From NCBI GenBank assembly GCA_963749655.1, contig CAVVOB010000019.1, positions 1 through 64,000 on the forward strand: a DNA stretch of 64,000 bases, given 5' to 3'. This stretch comes from Nitrospirota bacterium (GTDB taxonomy: Bacteria > Nitrospirota > UBA9217). Each line of letters begins with the position of its first letter. The first letter of the stretch is position 1. The notes beneath the pieces were generated by a model. It did no database searches and was not told where the DNA came from. It was given only the letters and a program-made list of their open reading frames with translations. Position numbers and translations under genes: made by a program. Shown here piece by piece: positions 39,832 to 50,491 of this stretch.

Positions 39832-40830
39832 ATGGAGACGGTCTCATGGAAAGACATCGGCCTGGTCAATACGCGGGAGATGTTCGCGAAGGCAATGAAA
39901 GGCAAGTATGCGATTCCCGCATACAATTTCAACAATATGGAGCAGTTGCAGGCGATCGTCATGGGCTGCGTCGAATCCCGTTCGCCCTTTATCCTGCAGG
40001 TCTCCAGCGGGGCGCGGAAATATGCGAACCAGACGCTGCTGCGTTTTCTGGCCATGGGCGCAGTCGCAATGATCAAGGACGCGGGATCGCCCGTAAAATT
40101 TTCTCTTCACCTGGACCATGGCGACACTTTTGAGCTGTGCAAGTCCTGCATCGACTCGGGATTCTCGTCCGTTATGATCGACGGGTCCCACCATTCCTAT
40201 GAAGACAATATCAAAGTCACAAAACAGGTCGTAGAATACGCCCGTCGGTTCGACGTGACCGTTGAAGGCGAACTCGGCGTGCTTGCCGGCATCGAGGACG
40301 CGGTGTCGGCGGAAAAATCGACGTACACCAAGCCCGAACAGGTCGAGGACTTCGTCAAAAAAACCGGCGTCGATTCCCTGGCCATTTCCATCGGGACTTC
40401 CCACGGCGCCATGAAGTTCAAGCCAGAGCAGTGCACCCGCGACAGCCGCGGCGTTCTCGTGCCACCGCCGCTTCGCTTCGACATACTCGACGAGATCGAG
40501 AAGCGCATCCCCGGATTCCCGATCGTGCTCCACGGAGCTTCATCGGTCATCCCCGACTACGTGCAGATCATCAACTCGAACGGAGGCAAGCTCAAGGATG
40601 CCGTGGGCATCCCCGAGGACCAGCTTAGAAAAGCGGCGACGAGCGCGGTCTGCAAGGTGAACATCGACAGCGACGGGCGGCTGGCCATGACCGCTATGGT
40701 CCGGAAGACCCTGGCCGAGAAGCCGGCCGAGTTCGACCCCCGGAAGTATCTCGGCCCGGCCCGCGACGAGCTGATCAAGATGATCATCCATAAAAACAAG
40801 GAAGTTCTCGGTTCTGCAGGCCAGGCCTGA
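39832..40830 (+). CDS. fba: fructose-1,6-bisphosphate aldolase class II
   Basis: AYNFNNME, HLDHG, SSVMIDGSH, VEGELG, GTSHGA, IVLHGASS, KVNIDSD and FDPRKYL motifs. Confidence 0.96.
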   Translation: METVSWKDIGLVNTREMFAKAMKGKYAIPAYNFNNMEQLQAIVMGCVESRSPFILQVSSGARKYANQTLLRFLAMGAVAMIKDAGSPVKFSLHLDHGDTFELCKSCIDSGFSSVMIDGSHHSYEDNIKVTKQVVEYARRFDVTVEGELGVLAGIEDAVSAEKSTYTKPEQVEDFVKKTGVDSLAISIGTSHGAMKFKPEQCTRDSRGVLVPPPLRFDILDEIEKRIPGFPIVLHGASSVIPDYVQIINSNGGKLKDAVGIPEDQLRKAATSAVCKVNIDSDGRLAMTAMVRKTLAEKPAEFDPRKYLGPARDELIKMIIHKNKEVLGSAGQA

Positions 40831-40853
40831 GATTCGAGAGCGATAAATACAAG

Positions 40854-40909
40854 CAGGGCCGGGTCATGTTCCAAAGGACAGCACGGGAATATGATGCGGC
40901 CCTGTTTTT
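40854..40909 (+). terminator. probable rho-independent terminator after fba
   Basis: CAGGGCCG...CGGCCCTG stem followed by TTTTT. Confidence 0.6.
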
Positions 40910-40952
40910 CGTGTACTGATGTCTGATACCCGACCGCCCAGAAGGACCCCTT

Positions 40953-41651
40953 ATGACCTCCGATTTTAAAATGACGTACCTCTATCGATTTGAGGACGGC
41001 GTTACCATAAAGTTCGACCTTCTCTTCGATGCCGAAACGCTCGCACTGATACCCGAGAAGCACGTCGACCTTCCTGAGTGGACGCTGCTCGGTTACTGTC
41101 AATGCGCAAATTGCCCGCTCGATGCGCGCACCCATGCACGGTGTCCCGTCGCGGCGAACTTCTCCGGTATCGTGGAAAAATTCAAGAACTTCATGTCTCA
41201 CGACCGCGTGAACGTCGTCTGCATCGTTGAAGAGCGCGCCTACTCCAAATCGACGACAGTTCAGATGGGCGTCAGCCCGCTTCTCGGCGTCATCATGACC
41301 ACCAGCGGATGCCCCGTCATGGAGCAGCTCAAACCAATGGTCCGTTTTCATCTGCCTTTCGCAAGTCTCGAAGACACGATCTTCCGCATGGTCTCCATGC
41401 ACCTCGTGGCCCAATACCTCCGGCACCAGGCGGGAAAATCATCGGACTGGAGCCTCGACGGCCTGTCGAGGATATACGCGGAAGTGGGCGAAGTGAACAA
41501 GAACTTTGCTGATCGAATGGTCGGTGCCGCACGCAACGACGTCAACGTGAATGCGCTTGTGAACCTCGATGCTTTCGCCAAGATGGTGCCCCTGGCGGCC
41601 GACAAGCTGCTCAAAAAAATCTCGCCCTATTTTTCCGCGCTGCTGAAGTAA
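40953..41651 (+). CDS. conserved hypothetical Cys-cluster protein (DUF6901-like)
   Basis: PEWTLL..CQCANCPL....RCP, MTTSGCP and RFHLPFAS motifs. Confidence 0.7.
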   Translation: MTSDFKMTYLYRFEDGVTIKFDLLFDAETLALIPEKHVDLPEWTLLGYCQCANCPLDARTHARCPVAANFSGIVEKFKNFMSHDRVNVVCIVEERAYSKSTTVQMGVSPLLGVIMTTSGCPVMEQLKPMVRFHLPFASLEDTIFRMVSMHLVAQYLRHQAGKSSDWSLDGLSRIYAEVGEVNKNFADRMVGAARNDVNVNALVNLDAFAKMVPLAADKLLKKISPYFSALLK

Positions 41652-41818
41652 CGGTTCTGCAACGATACAAACCGCAATTTTTTGATTGCCGCTCTTTGCG
41701 GTCCGTTCTCCGTGGAATCATATTGCGATTTTTCTCGGGATGATCTATAGTAAACTTCCTGCAGCGTGCTGCAGACCATTACTATCGTATCTAAGACCGC
41801 CTGCCGGGAGGACCTCCA

Positions 41819-42727
41819 GTGTTGCATGTCCCAGAGCGCATAGCGCGTTCCTTAACCATGATCGGCGTCGCCTTCGTTTTCTTCGTTTCAATCCCGGCGC
41901 CGCGGCCCTGCGCGGCCCAGGATCTTGACGGCATTAAAAAGGCCGGTGTTCTGCGCCACCTCGGCGTGCCCTATGCGAATTTCGTCTCCGGAGGCGGGGA
42001 CGGCATGGATGTCGAAATCGTCAGGCTTTTCGCAGAACAGATCGGCGTCCGCTATGAATATGTCAAGACCGACTGGGACAACGCCATCGGCGACTTGACT
42101 GGCTCGAAAGTAAAACCGAAAGGCGAGACGGTCGAGGTTCTGGCCTCGGTACCGGTAAAAGGGGACCTGATCGCGAACGGCATGACCATCATCCGCTGGA
42201 GGCAGCTCGTGGTCGATTACTCGGCCCCCACCTTTCCCAATCAGGTCTGGCTCGTTGCACGGGCCGATTCTCCGATCAAGCCGATCAAGCCCTGCGGCAG
42301 CCTTGACCGGGACATTGAGGCCGTCAGAGCGCTGTTACGCAACAAATCGGTCCTCTGCAAAGCGAACACCTGCCTTGACCCCTCGCTGTATAATCTTGAA
42401 GCAACAGGCTCACGGGTGAAGCTTTTCACCGGGTCCCTGAACGAACTTGCTCCGGCGGTGATCAACCGCGAGGCCGAGGCGACGCTGCTGGACGTGCCGG
42501 ACGCGCTCGTGGCCCTGCAGAAGTGGCCCGGCCAGATCAAGGTCATCGGTCCCGTGAGCGGCGTGCAGGATATGGCCGTGGCCTTTCGCAAGGACTCTCC
42601 GAAGCTGCGCGAAGCATTCGATCGCTTTCTCGATACGATCAGGAAGAACGGCACTCTGCGCCGCATAGCGCTTCGCTACTACCCCTTTGTGACGGACTAC
42701 TACACGGATTTCTTCAAAAACCGGTGA
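41819..42727 (+). CDS. periplasmic substrate-binding protein, family 3
   Basis: DLDGIKKAGVLR, GMDVEIVRLFA, VVDYSAP and AVAFRKDSPKLREAFD motifs; no adjacent ABC permease. Confidence 0.85.
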   Translation: MLHVPERIARSLTMIGVAFVFFVSIPAPRPCAAQDLDGIKKAGVLRHLGVPYANFVSGGGDGMDVEIVRLFAEQIGVRYEYVKTDWDNAIGDLTGSKVKPKGETVEVLASVPVKGDLIANGMTIIRWRQLVVDYSAPTFPNQVWLVARADSPIKPIKPCGSLDRDIEAVRALLRNKSVLCKANTCLDPSLYNLEATGSRVKLFTGSLNELAPAVINREAEATLLDVPDALVALQKWPGQIKVIGPVSGVQDMAVAFRKDSPKLREAFDRFLDTIRKNGTLRRIALRYYPFVTDYYTDFFKNR

Positions 42728-42816
42728 CCTGGGCGAAACGCCGCGCGATCGAACAATGCTGTTCCGGCCGCGGGCGTGCATGACGTGGTGAACAGACAGC
42801 AGGATCGGGACTCTTC

Positions 42817-45379
42817 GTGAAAATCGCAAAACCCCTCATTGCAGGCATTGTGGTCATCGCCGCCGTGCTTCTCTTCTACGTGGCCTTTCTCCTGACCACG
42901 AATTACACCTCCCAGACGGATCTGCAGAAGTCTCTTCTGGAACAATTTCGCCTCGAGAACAGCTGGCGGGCGGCATCGCTCTCCGTTTTTTTCAACGAAC
43001 GTCGTGACGATATGGTGAGGCTCGCGTCGTCCCGCGAGATCGATGTCTTCTTCGAAAACGGCGCCCTCGGTATGAGCATGGAGTATGGCCTGAAACAAAG
43101 CCTGCCCCCCATCAGAAAAAAGTTTCTTTCTCTCATCAACAACGACCGCTTCGGCCCCGAGATGGCCTACCTGCAGATCGTGCTGATCGATGATAAAGGC
43201 GAGGTCCTTGTCAGCGCCTCTGCACCGGGCCGCGCGGCTTCCCTTCCAGCAGACATAACGAAACTGCTCGATCCCGCCTATCGTGAAGGGGCAGTCATTT
43301 CCCGCGACGGCGAACGGACCATCCTGATTTCCGCGGCCCACTTTTTCAAAAAAAGGTATGCCGGTCAGATCATCGCATGGATAAACCCCAGCATACATTG
43401 CAGATCACATTCTGATGCCTCAGGGGACCCCGTTTATCACAACCGGCCTGGTGACCGGTACCGGGGCGTCCTATGGCGTCTCCGGAGAATTCCCGAAGGT
43501 TCCTCTGAGCTATTACTCCGACGGCCTGCCGGCTGCCTTTCGGTTGGAAAGCCCCACCGGCACAACAGAAGAGATGATCGGGCTCAGAATCGCCGTGCAG
43601 AATACGCCTTTTTATCTCGTAACCATTGCTCCGGCGGGCGATGTGCTGGGCAAACTGGATCCCGGAGGTCTCCTTGTCGGCATGGGTGTCCTAGCGCTCT
43701 TCGTTATTATGGGCGTCATCGTGATAATCCGGACCATGACACGGTCGCTGGTGCTGAAAGCGAGTCTTGATGCTTCACTGCAGCACGAGCAGGACGTAAA
43801 AAGGAAGAACCTGCAGCTCGAAAAGGAGGTGACCGAACGCAAGCAGGCCGAAGACGCCCTGCGGCAGCGGGAGGAACAGTACCGCACCCTCGTCGAGACT
43901 TCTCCGGACGTCATTTATACGATCTCCTTCGAGGACAACACGTTCCGTTCGGTCAACACAACCTTCGAAGCGGTCACGGGATGGACCCGGGAAGAGTGGA
44001 TCGGCAGATCCTTCCTCGAAATCGTACATCCCGACGACAGGCAGCTTGCTCTCACCCTCCACCGTGACGCCGAAAACGCCGGGGGCATTTACCGGTCCGA
44101 GCTGCGCTGGCTCACCCGCACCGGCGAGTACCGCGCAATGGAAGTAACCTCCGCGGCCCTGGGAAACAACGGCGACGTTGTCGGCAGGCTCGGCATTGCC
44201 CGGGATATTACGGAAAGAAACGCCATGGAGGAACAGCTGAGACACGCCGTGAAAATGCAGGCGGTCGGACAGCTTGCCGGCGGCATCGCCCATGACTTCA
44301 ACAACATCCTTTCGATCATTATCAATGCCAGCGATCTGCTTCTCATGGATATCGAAGAGGGGAGCCCGCTCCGCACCCATGCCGAGATGGTCCTGGCCGC
44401 TGCCGAGCGGGGAGCCCGTCTGACCCAGAACCTTCTGACCTTCAGCAGAAAGCAGATTCTCTCCCTGCGGCCAGGGGACCTGAACGAGATCATCAGGAAC
44501 GTCGAACCGCTCATTGCGCGGCTCATCCGTGAGGACCTTGCCTTTACTCTTGAGCTGGCCCCTGGCGCTCTTCCCTGTCTCGTGGATACGATCCAGATCG
44601 AGCAGGTGCTCATGAATCTTGCGGCGAACGCGAGCGATGCAATGCCACGGGGCGGATTGTTGACGCTCTCGACCGGCCGGCTCTCGATGAACGGAGAATT
44701 CAGGCGAATTCACGGGTTCGGACAGGACGGCGAATATGCGGTCCTGCGTGTGGAGGACACCGGCATCGGGATGGACGTGCGGACCAGGGAGCGCGTGTTC
44801 GAGCCCTTTTTCACCACAAAAGACGTAGGAAAGGGGACCGGCCTGGGGCTCGCAATGGTCTTCGGCACGGTGAAGCAGCATCGCGGCTACATTGAAGTGC
44901 GGAGCGAGCTCGGCAGGGGCACATCATTCGTCATCTATCTGCCGCTGATCGCGCGGACTGCCGACGCATCCCGGAGCACGGCAGGCGGCAGAAGGCCGGA
45001 CGGAGGCACGGAGACCATCCTGATCGCTGAAGATGACGATGACCTCCGGACCATGATGAAAAACGTGCTCTCCGGGGCCGGCTACCGTGTTATCGAGGCC
45101 CGGGACGGGGAGGATGCTGTTGACGCCTTCCGCAAGCACCAGGACGGCGTCTCCCTGCTTCTCTTCGATGTCATCATGCCTCGAAAGAACGGAAAGCAGG
45201 CCTATGATGCGATCAGGGGGCTTCAATCCGATGTCAGGTGCCTGTTCCTGAGCGGCTACACTGCCGACATCATCAACAGAACGGGGATAGCGGAGGACGA
45301 AGGCGCCTTCCTTCAGAAGCCGGTCTCACCCGCAGTACTCCTCAAAAAAGTCAGGGACATCCTTGACGCCCGGGCCTGA
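42817..45379 (+). CDS. hybrid sensor kinase (periplasmic-TM-PAS-HisKA-HATPase-REC), split by a 1-nt insertion
   Basis: AGGIAHDFNN, QVLMNLAANA, DTGIGM, FEPFFTTK and GTGLGL motifs; REC with DVIMP; removing one C from the C4 run at ~43386-43389 joins the two ORFs. Confidence 0.88.
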
Positions 45380-45585
45380 TCTGATTCCCGGCGGCCTGCT
45401 GCAAGTCCTGGTCAAAAGAGCGCACGAGGGGATCCGTGAACAGGGAACGCCGGGGTACCGTACCGTCGCTTCACCGGCTGCCGCGCTGAACCCCATTTTT
45501 TGTTCCTCCTCAGGCCGTTCTATGATATAGTACTGGCCATTCTGAACGTATTGCCGACCGCTGGTTCCGCATTGGTGCCGACCTT

Positions 45586-46338
45586 ATGCGTTTTTGCATT
45601 CGACGGGAAATAAGTTTTGCGAACAGCGAGGAACGCCTCCGCAGAGTCGAGGGCGTGCCCATCGAGATCGCATTGCCTCCGAAAATCGAGGATTTTCTCG
45701 AACACCGGCAGCTGCTCATCAACGTAGCGAGACAGCTGAAGGAATTCGGCATTCCCGTCCGGTCGGTCCATGCGCCTCACGGCCCGATGGCCGATGACGC
45801 TTTTCGCAACTGGGCCCCCAGCGTCGCCGGCTTTGCCGAATCCGTAGGCGCTGAAATCGCGGTATTCCACCCCGAGAGGCGACACAACGGCAACGGGGCG
45901 GACGGGCAGTCCGCAGCCCTGACGAACATGCAGTATCTCCGGAACCGCACGAGTGTAACGGTCGCTCTCGAAACCTTCTGGGAGAACGACCGCGTCCTGA
46001 CTCCCGACGACATCATGGAGCACCATCTTCCCATGGTCCTCGACACCTCGCTCGTCCCCAAGCCGGAGATCACCTGGATCCTCGAAAGCTACCACACCCA
46101 CATCGTGAATGTTCATCTTTCGGCCGTCGCTCCGCCCGGTGAAATGCAGGTAGGGACGCGTCAGTTTCGCCCTGTGGACAGCGACCCGTTCTGTCTCGAC
46201 ATTCTCGACCGTTTTCAGGAACTGACCTGGAACGGCGTTGTCACCCTGGAATACATGCCGTGGCTGGCAAGCAAGTCCATGGAAGACCGTCTGCTCCTGG
46301 AGCGGATCTACCGACCTTATCAGTACCAGCAGGAATGA
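45586..46338 (+). CDS. TIM-barrel protein (sugar phosphate isomerase/epimerase, AP endonuclease 2 family)
   Basis: SVHAP, VFHP, ALET, VLDTS, NVHLS and VTLEY metal-site pattern. Confidence 0.7.
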   Translation: MRFCIRREISFANSEERLRRVEGVPIEIALPPKIEDFLEHRQLLINVARQLKEFGIPVRSVHAPHGPMADDAFRNWAPSVAGFAESVGAEIAVFHPERRHNGNGADGQSAALTNMQYLRNRTSVTVALETFWENDRVLTPDDIMEHHLPMVLDTSLVPKPEITWILESYHTHIVNVHLSAVAPPGEMQVGTRQFRPVDSDPFCLDILDRFQELTWNGVVTLEYMPWLASKSMEDRLLLERIYRPYQYQQE

Positions 46339-46478
46339 TGCGAAGGGGCTGCACACCGCCCCACAGGAGGAGGCGCAGGAGCGTTGCTTTCCGGTTATGC
46401 AGCTGGTTTCCCCATTCGATCATCGAGCGGGATCTGCTGTCATAACCATCAAGACGCCGTCCGGCACGGCCCTCACTC

Positions 46479-47351
46479 ATGAACGACAATTTTTCCCTCA
46501 TAGTGGTCGATGATGACCCCTCAATTCTGCAGTTTCTGCAGAGCCTGAGCGCGATGGAAGAGCTGCATTGTGAAGTCTTTTCCGACGCCGAACAGGCGCT
46601 CGTTCGCCTCACCCAGCGTCCCTTCGACGTCATGCTCGCGGACATCATCATGCCCGGCATGCGGGACCTGGAGCTGACCGAACGGGCAAAACGGATCTGC
46701 CCGGAAATGAACGTCATTGTCATGACGGGATACATTGAGAACTTTTCCTTCGATGATGCGGCCGCCGCGGGCGCGGCGGATTTCATCAGAAAACCGTTCA
46801 GCCTGAACGAACTGATCCTGCGGATCAAACATGTCAGACTCCAGGAAAGGCTGCGAACCCTTACCATTACCGACGAGCTGACGGACCTGCCCAACCGGCG
46901 GGGTTTCTTCGCCCTCGCGGATCAGCAGCTGAGGGCCTCAAAACGCTCACAGCGACAGATGGTCCTCCTGTTTGCCGACATCGACGATTTCAAAAAGATC
47001 AACGACACCTGGGGGCACCAGACGGGAGATCGTGCGCTCCAGGCCATGGCCAACATCTTCCGCCGCAGCATCCGCGAGTCCGACATCGTCGCGCGCATGG
47101 GGGGAGATGAATTTGCGGTTCTGCTCATCGACATACCCGATGACGGCCTGCGGGCCTTTCGCGGCCGTTTTGAACGGAACATTGCGGACTTCAATGCCGG
47201 ACAAAACGGTTCGTTCACCCTTTCGGCGAGCATCGGAACGGCATTTTTTGACAGCTCCAATCCTCGCTCGATCGATGATCTCATGCGCGAAGCCGATATG
47301 CTGATGTATCAGGAGAAACAGAAGAAGAAGGAACGTTCTGGAACTCTTTAA
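46479..47351 (+). CDS. REC-GGDEF diguanylate cyclase (PleD/WspR-like)
   Basis: Canonical receiver (VVDDD, ADIIMP, MTG, KPF); DELTDLPNRR; I-site RESD; GGDEF. Confidence 0.93.
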   Translation: MNDNFSLIVVDDDPSILQFLQSLSAMEELHCEVFSDAEQALVRLTQRPFDVMLADIIMPGMRDLELTERAKRICPEMNVIVMTGYIENFSFDDAAAAGAADFIRKPFSLNELILRIKHVRLQERLRTLTITDELTDLPNRRGFFALADQQLRASKRSQRQMVLLFADIDDFKKINDTWGHQTGDRALQAMANIFRRSIRESDIVARMGGDEFAVLLIDIPDDGLRAFRGRFERNIADFNAGQNGSFTLSASIGTAFFDSSNPRSIDDLMREADMLMYQEKQKKKERSGTL

Positions 47352-47500
47352 CCGCACCAGGGAACGATTCCCGTTCACCGGGAAGGAAGGTCCGCGTCGT
47401 GACGCCGGGAAAAAATAGAAAAGGGAGACCGATGCAAGTCGATGCCGCAGCCGGTACGGTTGTGCGCGGGAGGCCGTTGGGCGGAGGGGTTCGCAGGAAC

Positions 47501-47794
47501 ATGCTGATGACTCCGCTCCCGACAGCGGATCCCCACGTTGCCGGGGAAAGCCGTACCGCGCACATTCCCCTGTACAAGGTCCTCCTCCATAACGACGATG
47601 TAAACACGATGGACCATGTGGTCCGGTCCCTGATGAAGGTGTTCCGGTTCGACCGTCAGGCCTGCGAGCTTATCATGATCGAAGCGCACCGCGAAGGCGC
47701 GGCCCTTTGCACGATTGAACCCCTCGAACAGGCGGAACTTCACCGGGACCAGCTCCGGACGCTGTCGCTGACAGCGACCATCGAGCCCGAGTAG
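47501..47794 (+). CDS. clpS: ATP-dependent Clp protease adaptor ClpS
   Basis: YKVLLHNDDVNTMDHVV, MIEAHREG and LTATIEPE motifs. Confidence 0.9.
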   Translation: MLMTPLPTADPHVAGESRTAHIPLYKVLLHNDDVNTMDHVVRSLMKVFRFDRQACELIMIEAHREGAALCTIEPLEQAELHRDQLRTLSLTATIEPE

Positions 47795-47858
47795 ACCGGC
47801 CGGGCGACGGAAACCGGACCGCTTCGACCGAAAACAGGAAAAGGACAGCGCAGCAGTC

Positions 47859-48317
47859 ATGAGCAAAGGAAAACGTTTTTACCGTGAGGGGATCCGTTTC
47901 GAATGCCAGGGAGAAGGGAAATGCTGCGTTTCCCGCGGCATCTACGGCTACGTTTACCTGTCATTCAACGACCGGCGCCGCCTTGCCGCTCATTTCGGCA
48001 TCTCCTTGACGGATTTTACTGCGCGCTATACGACAAAAGAGGACGGCCATTACCTGCTCACCTACTCGGACAAGGACTGTCCTTTTCTCAAAGAGAACCG
48101 GTGCCAGGTCTATGAAGCCCGGCCCTGGCAATGCCGCACCTGGCCTTTCTGGCCCGAAAACATGGAAACCGGCGTCTGGGAGCGGGAAGTGGCCGCTTAC
48201 TGTCCGGGAGTGGGGAAGGGCAAACTCTTCACTGCCGAAGAGATCGACGACATTCTCCTGAAAAGAAAAGATACAGCAGCCTGCCTGAAAATAGATCCGT
48301 CCCGAATTCAGAAGTAA
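47859..48317 (+). CDS. YkgJ family cysteine cluster protein
   Basis: FECQGEGKCC, CPFL...CQVYEARPWQCRTWPFW and CPGVG motifs. Confidence 0.9.
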   Translation: MSKGKRFYREGIRFECQGEGKCCVSRGIYGYVYLSFNDRRRLAAHFGISLTDFTARYTTKEDGHYLLTYSDKDCPFLKENRCQVYEARPWQCRTWPFWPENMETGVWEREVAAYCPGVGKGKLFTAEEIDDILLKRKDTAACLKIDPSRIQK

Positions 48318-48458
48318 TCGTCATTCACAAAGAAGCTATCCTCAGCAAGCATCCTTCCAAGCGCGCGCCGGCAAGGCCGTTAAAACAGCTGTTTCCGTGG
48401 CCTTCCCGCGGTTCCTGCCGGATTTTCGATTCTTAATTGAAGGAACCTGGCCGACATC

Positions 48459-48513
48459 CCCTAAAAATACCCTTATCAGGCGATTGCAGCTCACCAGTGC
48501 GCATCTGTATAGT
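48459..48513 (+). promoter_or_regulatory. conserved 29-bp motif running into a sigma70 promoter (copy 2)
   Basis: CCCTAAAAATACCCTTATCAGGCGATTGC, then TTGCAG-18 nt-TATAGT. Confidence 0.6.
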
Positions 48514-48641
48514 CCTTTTTCACAAGGAATTTGACTCGGGCGGAGAACAGCCTGAAACCTGCGGCCGACTCATCCGAATCAGTGCGATTATGTGGGGCGT
48601 TTGAATTAAAGCAGTACAGCCTGAGAAAGGGAAATACAGCC

Positions 48642-49187
48642 ATGAAAAGGGTTCACCTGCCGGGCGAGTTGCCCAATTCCTCTGTATACGAAGAGACAGG
48701 TGCGCACGGTGCCGGAGAGACTGCTCCTTGTGAGCCCTTCCTTACCGAATTCGACGTGGAAGGCGTCACGGGTCTTCGCCATATAAGGCATGAACTGAAA
48801 CCCAACTCCCCAGCAGGGAACGAGTGCATTTTCCTGTACAGAAACACTCCTATCCTCATGGTCACGATTTCTCCGGCCATCCAGTACGAAACGTACAAGA
48901 CGATGGTCCCGAAGAATGTCAAATCAATGTTCCACGGTCCGGGCGAGGAGGGGTTCATCGGACCCGATATAGCCGGACAAATGCCCTATCTGCTCGTCTT
49001 CCGGAGGAAGGGTTTTGCTGTTTCGCTGACGACGGTGACCACCGCCGACACGGGAAAGAACGTCCTGTCCATCGAACAACTTATCGCTGTCGGCACCATC
49101 ATCGATCAGAACATGATCCGGCAGTATAATCCGCACGCTCCTGCTGATGACTCACCTGTGATGAGCGAATACGGCACAAACCAGTAG
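48642..49187 (+). CDS. hypothetical protein
   Basis: ORF with purine-rich SD before ATG 48642; no family recognised. Confidence 0.5.
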   Translation: MKRVHLPGELPNSSVYEETGAHGAGETAPCEPFLTEFDVEGVTGLRHIRHELKPNSPAGNECIFLYRNTPILMVTISPAIQYETYKTMVPKNVKSMFHGPGEEGFIGPDIAGQMPYLLVFRRKGFAVSLTTVTTADTGKNVLSIEQLIAVGTIIDQNMIRQYNPHAPADDSPVMSEYGTNQ

Positions 49188-49463
49188 GACGAGGGCGATG
49201 CCCGCCCGCGGCATCGGCGCTCTACCGTTCGTTTTTCCAACCTGTCGCGCGTATCCGGCGCCTCAGCTGCAACCCTGTTAAAAATGGCCCTTTGGCAGAT
49301 CTTCATCCCACCGCAATCCCGATATTCACTTTCCTTTCAGATGCAGCTGGTATAGAATCTCACGAGGAATTCCCATCACGTTTTTTATCCGCGGCAGGCT
49401 GAGGATAATGCGTATAGTTAATGCGTTTGCGATAACAGCGCTCATTGACCGCGCGAGGTAACC

Positions 49464-50216
49464 ATGTTCCTGCTCAAGAAAATAGTATCGCCATTCCTTC
49501 TTCCGCCCGGATTGTTCATCATCGTACTGCTGGCTTCGGGCCTGTGGCTTTTCTCGAAGAAAAAGTGCCTGCTGGCAGGCCTGGTCAACATTGTGCTGGG
49601 AGCATCGCTCTGGCTGATGACCATACTCCCCGTTTCAGACGCCCTGGTGCACGGATTGTCATCCGACCTCGTGCTGCCCGACCATCCCCGGGGTGACGTA
49701 ATCATACTGCTCGGGGGAGGCATGTATGAAAACGTGGAGGATCTTTCCGGGCAGGGGGCTCCTTCGGAGGAAACGACGGCCAGGATCATTACGGCCGTGA
49801 GACTGCAGAAAAAACTTAACGTACCGGTCATTGTCTCAACCGGCAAGGTCTATCCCTGGGAAGGATCGGAAGCGGCGATTGACGGGCGGATTCTGCGCGA
49901 CCTCGGTGTCCCGTCGAGCAAGATCCTCCTTGAAGAAAAAAGCAGGGACACAATGGAAAATGCGCGGTATTCAAAAGAGCTGTGCGAGCGCCGTAATTTC
50001 CGTCGCCCCCTCCTGGTTACCTCGGCTTACCATATGAAGCGTTCGTTGCTCAGCTTCCAAAAGGTCCATCTCGACGTTACTCCCGTTCCTGTGAACCTCC
50101 GGAAGGAAAGAACCAGAAGTTATGTCTGGATGGACTATCTGCCCGGAGACCCCGAACATGCGTTGCAGGCCCTTCGGGAATATCTGGGATTGGTGTTTTA
50201 TTCGATAGCCTATTGA
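49464..50216 (+). CDS. YdcF/ElyC (DUF218) family protein, second paralog
   Basis: IILLGGG, EEKSRDTMENA, VTSAYHMKRS and LREYLG motifs. Confidence 0.9.
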   Translation: MFLLKKIVSPFLLPPGLFIIVLLASGLWLFSKKKCLLAGLVNIVLGASLWLMTILPVSDALVHGLSSDLVLPDHPRGDVIILLGGGMYENVEDLSGQGAPSEETTARIITAVRLQKKLNVPVIVSTGKVYPWEGSEAAIDGRILRDLGVPSSKILLEEKSRDTMENARYSKELCERRNFRRPLLVTSAYHMKRSLLSFQKVHLDVTPVPVNLRKERTRSYVWMDYLPGDPEHALQALREYLGLVFYSIAY

Positions 50217-50218
50217 AG

Positions 50219-50491
50219 CATGGGGGAATCCTTCCCCCATGGCCCCCTTGTTCGATCCCGCATCGTCAGCAAAATAAAAAAGACCGGTTAGTGCCCGGTC
50301 TTTTTTTCGTGGTGCCGCTGACCGGGAATCTCACGCGCTCCGCTTTCCGAGGGGGCAGGCCCCCTCGGATGCTCCCCCGAACCATGGGGGAATCCTTCCC
50401 CCATGGCCCCCTTGTTCGATCCCGCATCGTCAGCAAAATAAAAAAGACCGGTTAGTGCCCGGTCTTTTTTTCGTGGTGCCGCTGACCGGGA
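50219..50491. repeat. tRNA-linked direct repeat: two identical 109-bp copies, period 164 bp
   Basis: 50219-50327 equals 50383-50491; each copy holds the last 18 nt of tRNA-Leu and a bidirectional terminator (AAAAAAGACCGG...CCGGTCTTTTTTT). Confidence 0.9.

Noticed and set aside
43380-43415. Hybrid kinase split as two genes or a programmed frameshift
   Set aside because: One extra C in a C4 run explains it; most likely a sequencing error.
50219-50491. Direct repeats as a CRISPR array or prophage attL/attR
   Set aside because: Only two 109-bp copies, no cas genes or integrase, and only 55 bp between the copies.
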